Of a stretch of DNA of 64,000 nucleotides, positions 19,336 to 28,813 are shown piece by piece. Location: contig JBCLCL010000001.1 of assembly GCA_038915815.1 (NCBI GenBank), forward strand, positions 5,899 through 69,898, written 5' to 3'. How positions within the stretch are numbered: the first letter of the stretch is position 1; each line of letters starts with the position of its first letter. Source of the stretch: Candidatus Limnocylindrales bacterium. Lineage in GTDB: Bacteria; Chloroflexota; Limnocylindria; Limnocylindrales; CSP1-4. Position numbers and translations under genes: made by a program. The notes below the pieces were generated by a model, which was not told the origin of the DNA, searched no databases, and saw only the letters and a list, made by a program, of their open reading frames with translations.

Positions 19336-21306
19336 ATGACGCATCCGCCGATCTCGGCTGAGGCCGAAGCCAGCGCCGAGCGCGCCCGCGTCGCGTTCGC
19401 CGAGCACCGCTGGTCGGAGGCGATCGAGCTGCTGCGTATCGCCGACGCGGGCGGCGCCCTCACAGCCGCCGACCTCGATGCCTACGGCGAGTCGGCGTGG
19501 TGGATGGGACGCCTTGGTGAAGCGATCGAAGTACGAGAGCGCGCATTCGCCGCGCATAAGGCGGCGGGCGATCCGCGCCGCGCCGCCGCGACCGCCCTCG
19601 CGTTGGCCAACGACTACAGCCACCGACTGGAGAGCCCCGTCGCATCCGGGTGGGTGCGACGCGCCGAACGCCTCCTCCGGGACCTGCCCGAGTCACGCGA
19701 GCACGGGTACCTGGAGCGGCCGCACATCGGTGCCGCGCTGGCCCGCGGAGCGTTCGACGAGGCCCTCCAGCGGGCGGATCGCCTGCTCGAGATCGGCGAG
19801 CGGTTGGGCGACCCGGACCTCGAGGCCCTGGGCCTCCAGGACAAGGGCCGGGTACTCATCGCGGCGGGGCAGGTTGAGGAGGGCCTGGCGCTCCTCGACG
19901 AGGCGGTGGTGGCCGCGATGAGCGGCGCGGTGTCGCCCTATCCCACCGCGGTCGTGTACTGCAATGCGACCGTCGCCTGCGGGGATCTCACCGACTACCG
20001 GCGCGCCAGCGAGTTCGCCGATGCCGCCAAGCGCTGGTGCGACCGACAGACGATCGCCGGCTTCCCCGGCATGTGCCGGGTGCGCCGCGTCGAGATCATC
20101 CGGCTGCGCGGCGCATGGGCCGAGGCCGAGGCCGAGGCGCGACAGGCCTGTGCCGAGCTGCAGGACTTCTGCCTCGACTACGCCGGGGAGGGGTTCTACC
20201 AGATCGGCGAGATCCGCCTACGGATGGGCGACCTCGACGGCGCCGAGAAGGCGTTCTCCCAGGCGCACGAGATGGGTCGCGATCCCCAGCCGGGGCTCGC
20301 CCTGCTGCTCCATGCGCAGGGCCGGACCGAAGCCGGCGCCAAGCTCCTCGCCCGCGCCCTCGGCAACCTGGCGGCCGTGCCGCTGGTGCAAGTTCGCCTG
20401 CTGCCGGCGGAGGTGGAGCTGGCGCTGGCACTGCGGGACCGTGGGCGGGCGGAGGCCGCCGCAGGCGAGCTCGAGCGGATCGCGACCCAGTACGGCACGC
20501 ACGTGCTCCGGGCAGCCGCCGGCGCCGCTCGAGGAACCGTCGCACTCGCTGACGGCGAATACGATTCGGCGATCGAGTCACTGCGCCGAGCGTGGCGCAT
20601 CTGGCAGGATATGGACGCGCCGTACGAGGTGGCGCGGGCCCGGGCATCGCTGGGCGAGGCGTACCTCGGCGCGGGGGACCGCGAGGCGGCCGCCATGGAG
20701 CTGGGGGCAGCGGGAGCCACGTTCGAGCGCCTCGGCGCCGTGCCGGAGGCTGCGAGGGCGGCAGCGCTCCGGCGCAGCTCGGAGCCGGCAGGAACGGCGT
20801 CGGGTCCCGCCCGCCGAGCGGTGCGCACCTTCATGTTCACCGACATCGTGCGTTCCACCAACCTCATCGAGGCGGTCGGCGACGAGGCGTGGGGCCGGCT
20901 CCTGGCCTGGCACGACGACACGATCCGCGGGCTCCTCCGCGAGCATGGCGGCCAGGAGGTGCACCACGCCGGCGACGGCTTTTTCGTCGCCTTCGCGTCC
21001 GCCGACGCCGCGCTCGTCTGCACCCTGGCGATTCGGCGGCGGCTCGAGGACCATCGAAACCGTCACGGGTTCGCGCCGTCGGTCCGCATCGGGCTGCATA
21101 TCGCGGAGGCGCTCGAGACGCCAACGGGCTACGAGGGACGCGGCGTGCATATCGCCGCCCGCATCGCCGCCCTGGGCGGCGCGGACGAGATCCTCGTCAG
21201 CCGCGACGTCCTCGACGCCGCCGAGGCGCCACCCGAGCACGGCGGCCTGCGGCAAGAGCGCCTGCGCGGGATTGCCAAGCCGGTGGAGGTGGCGGCGCTC
21301 GCCTGA
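19336..21306 (+). CDS. TPR-like helical repeat + class III adenylate/guanylate cyclase
   Basis: Long Ala-rich helical region then FMFTDIVRST, AGDGF, RIGLH and GVHIAARI motifs. Confidence 0.85.
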   Translation: MTHPPISAEAEASAERARVAFAEHRWSEAIELLRIADAGGALTAADLDAYGESAWWMGRLGEAIEVRERAFAAHKAAGDPRRAAATALALANDYSHRLESPVASGWVRRAERLLRDLPESREHGYLERPHIGAALARGAFDEALQRADRLLEIGERLGDPDLEALGLQDKGRVLIAAGQVEEGLALLDEAVVAAMSGAVSPYPTAVVYCNATVACGDLTDYRRASEFADAAKRWCDRQTIAGFPGMCRVRRVEIIRLRGAWAEAEAEARQACAELQDFCLDYAGEGFYQIGEIRLRMGDLDGAEKAFSQAHEMGRDPQPGLALLLHAQGRTEAGAKLLARALGNLAAVPLVQVRLLPAEVELALALRDRGRAEAAAGELERIATQYGTHVLRAAAGAARGTVALADGEYDSAIESLRRAWRIWQDMDAPYEVARARASLGEAYLGAGDREAAAMELGAAGATFERLGAVPEAARAAALRRSSEPAGTASGPARRAVRTFMFTDIVRSTNLIEAVGDEAWGRLLAWHDDTIRGLLREHGGQEVHHAGDGFFVAFASADAALVCTLAIRRRLEDHRNRHGFAPSVRIGLHIAEALETPTGYEGRGVHIAARIAALGGADEILVSRDVLDAAEAPPEHGGLRQERLRGIAKPVEVAALA

Positions 21307-21337
21307 GCGGACCGCGACCGGGCCGCTGGGCGGGAGG

Positions 21338-21760
21338 TCAGTGCCCGGCGTCAGGCTCCAGACCGCGCACCCGCCGCGCGAGCTCGGAGAGGACCTTGAG
21401 GCGCACCTCGGGCATCTCCTCCATCAGCGCGTGGAAGTCGCGACGCCCGATGACCAGGAGCCGCGAGGGAGCGGTGAGCGTCACGGTGGCGGTGCGGCGT
21501 CCCTCGTCCAGGATCGCGATCTCGCCGACCACTTCGCCGTTCGTGCGCTCCGCGACCAGGCGGCCGTCCCGCTCGACGCGCGCTCTGCCCTCGATGATGA
21601 CGAACGCCTCGCTGCCCGATTCGCCCTGCCGCATGAGGACGCGTCCCTCGGGCAGGTCGACCTGGTCGGTCAGCTGGCCCAGGCGCTCGAGCTCGCGACG
21701 GCCGAAGCCGGCGAAGAGCGGGATGGATCTCAGCAGCTCGAGCTTCTCGTCGCGTGGCAC
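21338..21760 (-). CDS. Stand-alone cyclic nucleotide-binding domain protein
   Basis: LRSIPLF, LMRQGE, GEVVGEIAIL and RRTATV phosphate-binding cassette. Confidence 0.9.
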   Translation of the reverse strand: MPRDEKLELLRSIPLFAGFGRRELERLGQLTDQVDLPEGRVLMRQGESGSEAFVIIEGRARVERDGRLVAERTNGEVVGEIAILDEGRRTATVTLTAPSRLLVIGRRDFHALMEEMPEVRLKVLSELARRVRGLEPDAGH

Positions 21761-21949
21761 GGACCACTCCTCGGTGCATCTTCAGATGGCGGCGAAGCAT
21801 AGCGCCCTCGCCGGCATCGCGGACCCCCCCTGCGCCTCCCTGGGGATGAGTCATGCGCAGGACGTCGAGAGCCTCGTCGAGAGGCTCCTCAGTGAGCTTC
21901 CCCACTGACCTCTTGCTTGTCAAGCATTTCCGCCTTCGACGACGATCGC

Positions 21950-22293
21950 GAGGTAAGGACGACCGCCGCGCCCGGCTGGGCCGCGCCGTCCCGTCGGTCG
22001 GCGAAGAGCTCGTCTACCTGTATGACTTCGGTGACGGCTGGACCCACCACGTCGTCGTCGAGGACATCAGGCCCCGTGAGCCACGGATTCGTTACCCGCG
22101 CGTCCTGGCGGGCGCTCGCGCCTGTCCGCCGGAGGAGGTCGGTGGCCCGTACGGTTACGTCGACTTCCTGCAGGCGATCGCCGATCCGAAGCACACCGAG
22201 CACGACGCGATGCTCGAGTGGGTGGGCGGCGAATTCGATCCGGAGGCCTTCGACGTCGACGCCAAGAACCGCGAGTTCGACGTCGTCTTCTGA
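21950..22293 (+). pseudogene. Plasmid pRiA4b ORF-3 family C-terminal fragment
   Basis: YLYDFGDGWTH and GARACPPEEVGG motifs; no intact N-terminal half in frame; start coordinate approximate. Confidence 0.7.
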
Positions 22294-22306
22294 GGATCAG
22301 GGGCTG

Positions 22307-23200
22307 TCATGCAGTCCAGCGGCCGAACTTCGGGTTCCACCGCCCAATGGCTGTCCCGGCAAGCAGCGGATCGACGAACGGACGGACCACGGCGAGGGCT
22401 TCGGTGAGCGTCGGCGACGTCGTCAGAAGCGATCGGCCGGCCTCGGCCGCATAACCCCGCTCCCAGAGTCCCCGGTCGGGGACGTCGAAGCTTTCCGGCA
22501 TCACCGTGCCGCGGCGCCGCGCCTCGGACGCCAGCGCGGCAATCTGTAGATCGGCCGCCACTGAGACCTCGGTGACGATCGCGACGAGATCGACCAGGTC
22601 CTTGAAGCGGATGGACGGCCGCTCCTGATCGCCGTATCGCTGGACGGTCGCGCTGATCTTGTCGGCGATGTGATCGACCAGCGGGTACGCCCGGTACCCG
22701 TGCTGCTCGATGTCTGGCATCCACACGCGCGCGAGCGGCGGCACCTTTTCGGGCTCCCCGGTCATCCTCAGGTCCGACCCCACCAGATCGACGTGGAACG
22801 CGGCCCAGCTGGCCGTCCCGACGTAGGCGGTCACGGGAATCCGGACCGTGGCATCTGTAGCAACAGCGCGACCCGGCCCGAGCTCGAACGTGAACCAGTC
22901 GCCGATGTCCCGAGACGCGGCCTCACGTAGCTCCGCCTCGGCCAACTCGCGCGCCCGCTCCCGGTAGATGTCGATGTCAATCGTGGCGCGAACGCCGATC
23001 CCTCGGGCGAGCAGAGCAGTCGCACCTTTGATCACCCATCCTTCGTCGACGAGGTAGAGGCGCTCAAGGAGGCGGTCGTACGCCATCTGACGCTGGAGTT
23101 GCGACAGCGTCCAGATGCTGTTCCTGGAGGCTTCTCTGAGCTTGTCCGTCAGCGCCTGGCGAAATGCCTGCGGGCTCGAATAGGCGTGGCCGTCGTTCAT
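22307..23200 (-). CDS. AbiEii-type nucleotidyltransferase toxin (type IV TA)
   Basis: WVIKGATAL, RATIDID, IADKISA and RFKDLVDL motifs; overlaps the antitoxin stop. Confidence 0.88.
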   Translation of the reverse strand: MNDGHAYSSPQAFRQALTDKLREASRNSIWTLSQLQRQMAYDRLLERLYLVDEGWVIKGATALLARGIGVRATIDIDIYRERARELAEAELREAASRDIGDWFTFELGPGRAVATDATVRIPVTAYVGTASWAAFHVDLVGSDLRMTGEPEKVPPLARVWMPDIEQHGYRAYPLVDHIADKISATVQRYGDQERPSIRFKDLVDLVAIVTEVSVAADLQIAALASEARRRGTVMPESFDVPDRGLWERGYAAEAGRSLLTTSPTLTEALAVVRPFVDPLLAGTAIGRWNPKFGRWTA

Positions 23201-23934
23201 CGATGACTCGCGTTGACAGGTTCTGGCGTTGGCTCTTCGCGCTCGATCCGTTGGATGGTGTCGCGGGCTTCGGTCATCCACCGGGATGTGTCGGGATCGC
23301 CGACGAGATCGAGCAGCCAGCGCAGCAGGGCCAGACCGTCTACTCGTCTGAGGCCAAATCTCGCAGCGTGCGGCGCGAGCGCCTCGGCAAAGGTCGCGGG
23401 ATAGTCGTAGACGGCGCGGATCGCATCCGCCGTCATCTGCGCAACCGCTTCCGGGTCCTCGTTCTCGCGAAGGAGATCGCCGGCGATGCGGGCTGGTCGC
23501 GTGACGAGCAGACCGCGAAGCCAGATCCATTCGCCCGCATCCAGCTGTCGATGATGGATGCGGACGTCGGCGCGCCGCGACTGCTTCCTCGTCGAGACCG
23601 TGAAGTCGTGACGATCGGCCGGCAGCTCGCCGATTCCATACAGGGCGGCGGCTGACCGATGGGACACGACACCCTGATCCGGCGTCCGCTCCCAGGCGGG
23701 CACGGCGGGTGCAAGCTGTAGCCAGGCCGCGCGGAGGGCGACGTGGTCGGGAGACGGTGCCAGTGTCAGGCGGTAGACGCCGTGCGCGACGCGCTCCATG
23801 AGGCCTTCGTCGCTGGTTATGCGGTCGAAGGTCGCTCGCGGAACGCCGGCACGCTCGGCTTGGCGGCGCGTCACGAGTCCCCATTGATCGGCAGCGATGG
23901 CGCTGAGCCGGCTGATGGTGGAAGGTCGGACCAC
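23197..23934 (-). CDS. AbiEi-type antitoxin (type IV TA)
   Basis: QWGLVTRRQA, RVAHGVY, VVSHRSAAALYG and VTRPAR motifs. Confidence 0.88.
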   Translation of the reverse strand: MVRPSTISRLSAIAADQWGLVTRRQAERAGVPRATFDRITSDEGLMERVAHGVYRLTLAPSPDHVALRAAWLQLAPAVPAWERTPDQGVVSHRSAAALYGIGELPADRHDFTVSTRKQSRRADVRIHHRQLDAGEWIWLRGLLVTRPARIAGDLLRENEDPEAVAQMTADAIRAVYDYPATFAEALAPHAARFGLRRVDGLALLRWLLDLVGDPDTSRWMTEARDTIQRIEREEPTPEPVNASHR

Positions 23935-23972
23935 TACTGCAATCTACCACTTAACTGATAGCCATCGCAGTA
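23935..23972. promoter_or_regulatory. Imperfect inverted repeat, likely AbiEi autoregulatory operator
   Basis: TACTGCaatCTAcCAcTTAACTGATAGccatcGCAGTA, centred on TTAA directly upstream of abiEi. Confidence 0.5.
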
Positions 23973-24195
23973 TATCAGCCGGCCCTTCACGCAGGCGGCT
24001 CCTTGCGGTCCCGATTAGCTATGTCAGCCGGAGTCTCAAGGGTGGCCCTTCTGAAACCTCGACGACGCCCGCATCGCGCAAGGGGCAAGCGGACCGGACC
24101 CACCCGGACGTCCTCGACATCCGGGTCGTGTGCTCGCTCCGTTCGGGTGCCCCGTGCTGCTGTCCCGCGGCCTTGGCGAAACCCCCGGGTACCGG

Positions 24196-24900
24196 TCAAC
24201 CGAACTCGACGACCCGACCTTGGATCCGTCCAGCGTCCGCGTACTCCTCGCTGTGCTCGATGCCAACCGCTGACAATCCGAGGGCGCTGGCTGCAGCATC
24301 GGTCAGGAACAGGTACGGGCGGAGGCCGATCCGCGCTCGAATGGTGTTCTTGAGCAGTCGGTGCGCGACCGTAACAGCCGGGCCGAGCAGGTCGCTGCTG
24401 GACCCCACGGTCTGGCGCACGGCGAGACCCCGATGGAGGACCACCTTGAGGTCGAGGCGCGCGACGGCGGGGCAGGCCGTACAGAGGTGGTCCCTCGCGG
24501 GGAGCGCTCGTGTGCGACCGTCAGTGAACGCCCGGTATGTCGCCCTGAGCCTCGCAAGGACCCGGTCACCCTGACCATCGAGAGTTGTCGCCGGCGCAGC
24601 TGCGAAGACGGCATCGCCCTCGAGTTTGACGACGGCGAAATCCGGTTCCAGGCCCTCGATGACGGCGCCCAGGAGGGCCCCAAGCACGGAGTAGGCGGCT
24701 GGGATGCCCGCGCTGAAATCGACCCCGTGCTCCTGCTCGACGCCGGCCATGAAGCTCGTGTAGCCGGAGATATCGGCAAGCAGGAGGTACCGCTCGCCTG
24801 CCGGCGCGTCTGCATCTGTCGGCGACCCGGATCGCGCTGCTCGCTCCACGTATCCCCTATCGGCCCTCGCCAAGCCGGGCGGTCTTGCGGTCGGAGTCAT
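24196..24900 (-). CDS. DUF2652-like protein (class III cyclase-like fold)
   Basis: LLLADISGYT, KLEGDAVF, CTAC, LKVVLHRG and VAHRLLKN motifs. Confidence 0.8.
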   Translation of the reverse strand: MTPTARPPGLARADRGYVERAARSGSPTDADAPAGERYLLLADISGYTSFMAGVEQEHGVDFSAGIPAAYSVLGALLGAVIEGLEPDFAVVKLEGDAVFAAAPATTLDGQGDRVLARLRATYRAFTDGRTRALPARDHLCTACPAVARLDLKVVLHRGLAVRQTVGSSSDLLGPAVTVAHRLLKNTIRARIGLRPYLFLTDAAASALGLSAVGIEHSEEYADAGRIQGRVVEFG

Positions 24901-24938
24901 GGTAGTCGGGCCGGCAGTCGTTCATGGCGAGGCTAACC

Positions 24939-25004
24939 TGGGACCCCCTGGCCGAGATCGCCGGTCGCCACCTCGACAAGGGCCAGCAGGTCGCGATCGA
25001 GGGA
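24939..25004 (+). pseudogene. Short single-stranded DNA-binding protein remnant
   Basis: Translates WDPLAEIAGRHLDKGQQVAIEG, matching the SSB WxxLAE...LxKGxxVxIEG segment. Confidence 0.55.
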
Positions 25005-25022
25005 GTGACGCGCGATGCCAGG

Positions 25023-26705
25023 TCAGCCCGGCGAGCTGCCAGCGTTTCGGGTGAGGCGCTCGCCTGGGAGGACGATCCCGGAGCCGGCCGACGGCTGATG
25101 GCGCCGGGGCGTCCAGTCCCCCCGCCGCGGCTCAGTGCCGGCTGGGCGCGCCGTCGGACGCGATCCCGGACGAGGTCCGTTCGTCGGCCGGGAAGGGCCG
25201 CCGTTCCCGATGCCCTGGCCGGGCCGTCGAGGTGCGCCGTAGCCGCCGTGCGTCCCGGAAGCCCGGTTGGGCGCCTGGGCTCGCGGATTCGCGCCCGCCC
25301 ACTGGTTCGCCCCGGGGCGCGGCGCGTTCGTCGGGCGCGGGGCCAGGCCTGGACGCGGAGCGCCTGGCGGCTGCACGCCGCCGGCAGGCCGCGGGCCATT
25401 CGAGGTCCACGGACCGCTGTTGTTGCGCGGCCCGCGGTCCGCGGGCGAGGTTCCGGGTCGCGGCCCATATGCTGGTCGCCCCGCACCGCCCGGGCGAGAT
25501 CCGCCTTGCCGCGCGCCGGTCGGCCGCATGCCACCGAGTCCACCGCGCAGGATCGGCTCCGCCCGGATCCGCGGATCGGGCTCGAAGCCTTCGATCACCT
25601 CGGTCGGGATGGTATGGCCGAGGACTCGCTCGATATCGCCGAGCAGCTTCATCTCGTCGACGCAGACGAGCGAGACGGCGTCGCCGTCCACCCCTGCGCG
25701 TCCGGTTCGCCCGATCCGGTGGACGTAGTCCTCGGGGACCATCGGCAGTTCGAAGTTGACGACGTGCGGGAGCGCGTCGATGTCCAGGCCGCGCGAGGCG
25801 ACTTCGGTCGCGACGAGGACGGCGAAGCGGCCGGCCTTGAAGTCGGCCAGGGCTCGAACTCGCTGCGGCTGGCTCTTGTTGCCGTGGATCGCGGTGGCCA
25901 GGATCCCGTCGTGCTCGAGTTGGGTGGCCAGCCTGTTCGCACCGTGCTTGGTCCGGGTGAAGACCAGCGCCTGATCGATCCTTCCGGTCCGGATGAGGTG
26001 GCTGAGCAGCTCGCGCTTGCGCTCCCGATCGACCGGGTGGAGGACCTGGGTGACCAGATCCGTGGCCTTGTTCCGGGTGGATACCTGGACGGACGCCGGC
26101 CGGTCCAACAGGCCGTCCGCCAGGCGCCGGATCTCGTCGGAGAAGGTGGCCGAGAAGAGCAGGTTCTGACGGCGCGGCGGCAGGACGGCGATCACCTTGC
26201 GGATGTCGCGGATGAAGCCCATGTCCAGCATCCGGTCGGCCTCGTCGAGGACGAGGATCTCGACTCTGGAGAGGTCGATCGTCCGCTGACCGAGATGATC
26301 GAGCAGCCGGCCGGGCGTGGCGACCACGATCTCCGGCCCGGCCCGGAGGGCGCGGACCTGCGGGTCGAAGCCGACTCCGCCGTAGATCGTGGTCGAGCGG
26401 ATCGGGTTCTGGGCGCCATAGGTCCGGACACTCTCCTCGACCTGGAGGGCGAGCTCGCGGGTCGGGGTCAGGATCAGCGCGCGGATGACCCGCGGACCCG
26501 CCGGTCGTGACGCGTGGAGCAACTGGAGCATGGGCAGGACGAATGCGGCCGTCTTGCCGGTCCCGGTCTGGGCGCCGGCGAGCAGATCGCGGCCGGCCAG
26601 GACGAGCGGGATCGATTCGGTCTGGACGGGGGTGGCTTCCGTGTAGCCCTGGTGGGCGACGGCACGGAGGAGTTCGGGCGACAGCCCGAGTTGATCGAAG
26701 GACAT
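25023..26705 (-). CDS. DEAD-box RNA helicase (RhlE-like) with a long disordered C-terminal tail
   Basis: [21 protein letters not shown] and HRIGRTGR motifs; start MSFDQLGL. Confidence 0.95.
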   Translation of the reverse strand: MSFDQLGLSPELLRAVAHQGYTEATPVQTESIPLVLAGRDLLAGAQTGTGKTAAFVLPMLQLLHASRPAGPRVIRALILTPTRELALQVEESVRTYGAQNPIRSTTIYGGVGFDPQVRALRAGPEIVVATPGRLLDHLGQRTIDLSRVEILVLDEADRMLDMGFIRDIRKVIAVLPPRRQNLLFSATFSDEIRRLADGLLDRPASVQVSTRNKATDLVTQVLHPVDRERKRELLSHLIRTGRIDQALVFTRTKHGANRLATQLEHDGILATAIHGNKSQPQRVRALADFKAGRFAVLVATEVASRGLDIDALPHVVNFELPMVPEDYVHRIGRTGRAGVDGDAVSLVCVDEMKLLGDIERVLGHTIPTEVIEGFEPDPRIRAEPILRGGLGGMRPTGARQGGSRPGGAGRPAYGPRPGTSPADRGPRNNSGPWTSNGPRPAGGVQPPGAPRPGLAPRPTNAPRPGANQWAGANPRAQAPNRASGTHGGYGAPRRPGQGIGNGGPSRPTNGPRPGSRPTARPAGTEPRRGDWTPRRHQPSAGSGIVLPGERLTRNAGSSPG

Positions 26706-27150
26706 GAAGGAGACGCTCCTGACGGGGCCCTCCCGCCTTGGCGGGGCCCGGTCTGGGCGTGGGAGTTGATCGGGATCGAACGGTATTGGACCGGGGCGCT
26801 GACCGGAGCGCCCATCGAGCACGAAGGCGCGCAGCATACCCGACTTGGGCGATGTCGGTTGGCGAGGGCCTGCGTCGACTGGGTTCCAGCTCGGGCCGGC
26901 GGGTGAGCCGGGTGTGCAGGTTCCTTGCGGCTGACGTAAGGATCGAACCCCAGCTTGCATCGGATGCATGCACCGTCGCCGCGTGACCGGATACAGGCCG
27001 CTATCTGTCTATTCGTTTCCTCTCAAGCAATCCTGCAGCCGACCTTGCCACTGAGTTTCGGAGCATGCAAGCCGCCGACGGATCCAACTGCCCCGAACGC
27101 TTAGCCGCGACCGTTGTTGCGATTCGTGCAATTCGCCGCCCAGACCCACG

Positions 27151-27284
27151 GCTCGACGAGGGTGCGTGATCCTGCAGCGCATCATCCGGGAGAGATCCAC
27201 GCTCAGCGGCCCGGCGGTTCACCCCGACATCGGGTGGCACCGTGCAGGAATGTCGAGTGATTGATGCCCCCGCGCATCATCGCC
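27151..27284. repeat. Dispersed 134-bp palindrome-ended repeat, copy 1
   Basis: Ungapped match to 50939-51072, about 75% identity by hand count. Confidence 0.8.
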
Positions 27285-27405
27285 TCCAGGTCAGCCGGCG
27301 CACCGCCCTCCCCGGCCTCGTCCGGCACCGGGCACCGGATGCTTCAACGTTCGTCAGGCGCGCCGCCGCGCCTCGCATCGCCCGGCCGCTCCCGCCGGCG
27401 CGAGG

Positions 27406-27795
27406 TCAGCCCTTGCGCTCGAGGATCGGGCGTGCCCGCTCCGGATCGTCGACCACGAAGGTGAACATGGCGCGATCGCCCCAGCGGCCAAGGAAGAGGT
27501 GCCCCTGGATGTTCACGCCGGCGTCGGCGAGGGCGCGCGAGAGACGGGCCATGCCGCCCGGCTTGTCGTCCACCTCGGCCAGGATCGACTCGCCCTCGAT
27601 GTAGACGTAGCCGCCGTCGTCGAGCACGAACTTGGCCGTTTCGTCGTCGGCCGTGGTCATGATCACGTGGCCGCTGTCGCCGATGCTGCCACCGCCGATC
27701 GCCCGCAGGTCGACGCCGCGGGCGGCAAGGGCCTCGGCCAGCGTCGCCATCGCGCCGGGCTCGTTCTTCAGCTGGACGACGAACTGCTTGGCCAT
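27406..27795 (-). CDS. Tandem ACT domain protein
   Basis: NEPGAMA...GVDL and DKPGGMA...GVNI repeats. Confidence 0.88.
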   Translation of the reverse strand: MAKQFVVQLKNEPGAMATLAEALAARGVDLRAIGGGSIGDSGHVIMTTADDETAKFVLDDGGYVYIEGESILAEVDDKPGGMARLSRALADAGVNIQGHLFLGRWGDRAMFTFVVDDPERARPILERKG

Positions 27796-27891
27796 GGGGT
27801 CCTCCGTGGATTGGGAGCCTGATTCTACGGGCCGCAGGTCCTCCCTGTGCTACGGTCCAGGCGAGATCGCCCGACCAGCAATGAGGAGCCC

Positions 27892-28758
27892 GTGACCGCG
27901 CCCGGCCTCGACCTTCCTGCCGCAGTCATCAAGGCCCTCGAGTCCCCCACCCCGGACCCGGGAACGCGCGCGACCACGGTCGCGGCGGGCATCCCGTTCT
28001 CCTCGATCCAGTGGGGCGATCCCGGTGACCGGCCGCTGCTGCTGATCCACGGCGTCACGGCCTCGGCCCGGATCTGGTGGCGAATCGGGCCCGCGCTCGC
28101 GGCGAGCGGCCGACGGGTGGTCGCCGTGGATCTGCCCGGGCATGGCGAGACCGGTCACTGGCTCGGCCACCACCGGTTTCGCGACAACGCGAAGGACGTC
28201 GCGGCCTGGATCCACGAAGCCGGCCTCGCGACCCGGGACCTCCAGGTCGTGGGTCACAGCTGGGGCGCGATGACAGCGGCCGCGCTCCCCCTCGCCGGCA
28301 TCCGGCCCGCCACGCTTGTCCTCCTGGACCCGCCGGCCATCCCGCTCGCGCTCATGACCGAGATGGCCGACGATCCCTCCGAGCAGATGTACCGGGACAT
28401 GGCCGAGGCGATCGCCCAACTCACGACCGCCAATCCGGCCTGGCCGGTCGGCGACATCGAAGCCAAGGCGGAGGCCCTCGTTCAGCTCGACATCGAGGCG
28501 GTGCGTGCCGTCCTGCTCGACAATGGCGACTGGGACGGCGGGCTGGCCGACATGGCAGAGCCTGCCGCTGCCGGCATCCCGATCTGGATCGTCCGTGCCG
28601 ATCCGACCGCCGGCGGACTCCTGCCTGACGCCAGGCTGCCCGCGTTCGCGGCGCTGCTCGGGGCCGACCACGTGATCACGATCCGCGACGCCCCACATGC
28701 CCCGCAGCGGACCCACCCGGCGGCGGCGACCCGGGCGCTCCTGCGCGCCCTCGCCTGA
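27892..28758 (+). CDS. Alpha/beta fold hydrolase
   Basis: LIHG, DLPGHG, GHSWG and C-terminal catalytic His. Confidence 0.88.
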   Translation: MTAPGLDLPAAVIKALESPTPDPGTRATTVAAGIPFSSIQWGDPGDRPLLLIHGVTASARIWWRIGPALAASGRRVVAVDLPGHGETGHWLGHHRFRDNAKDVAAWIHEAGLATRDLQVVGHSWGAMTAAALPLAGIRPATLVLLDPPAIPLALMTEMADDPSEQMYRDMAEAIAQLTTANPAWPVGDIEAKAEALVQLDIEAVRAVLLDNGDWDGGLADMAEPAAAGIPIWIVRADPTAGGLLPDARLPAFAALLGADHVITIRDAPHAPQRTHPAAATRALLRALA

Positions 28759-28813
28759 GCGGCGCTCGCGACTGGTAGTCGCGGCTGCGTGCCGAGCGGC
28801 GGTCCTGGCGCTG

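Noticed and set aside
15065-24900. Island integrated at tRNA-Gly
   Set aside because: No integrase and no duplicated tRNA 3' end seen; most accessory genes lie on the 5' side of the tRNA.
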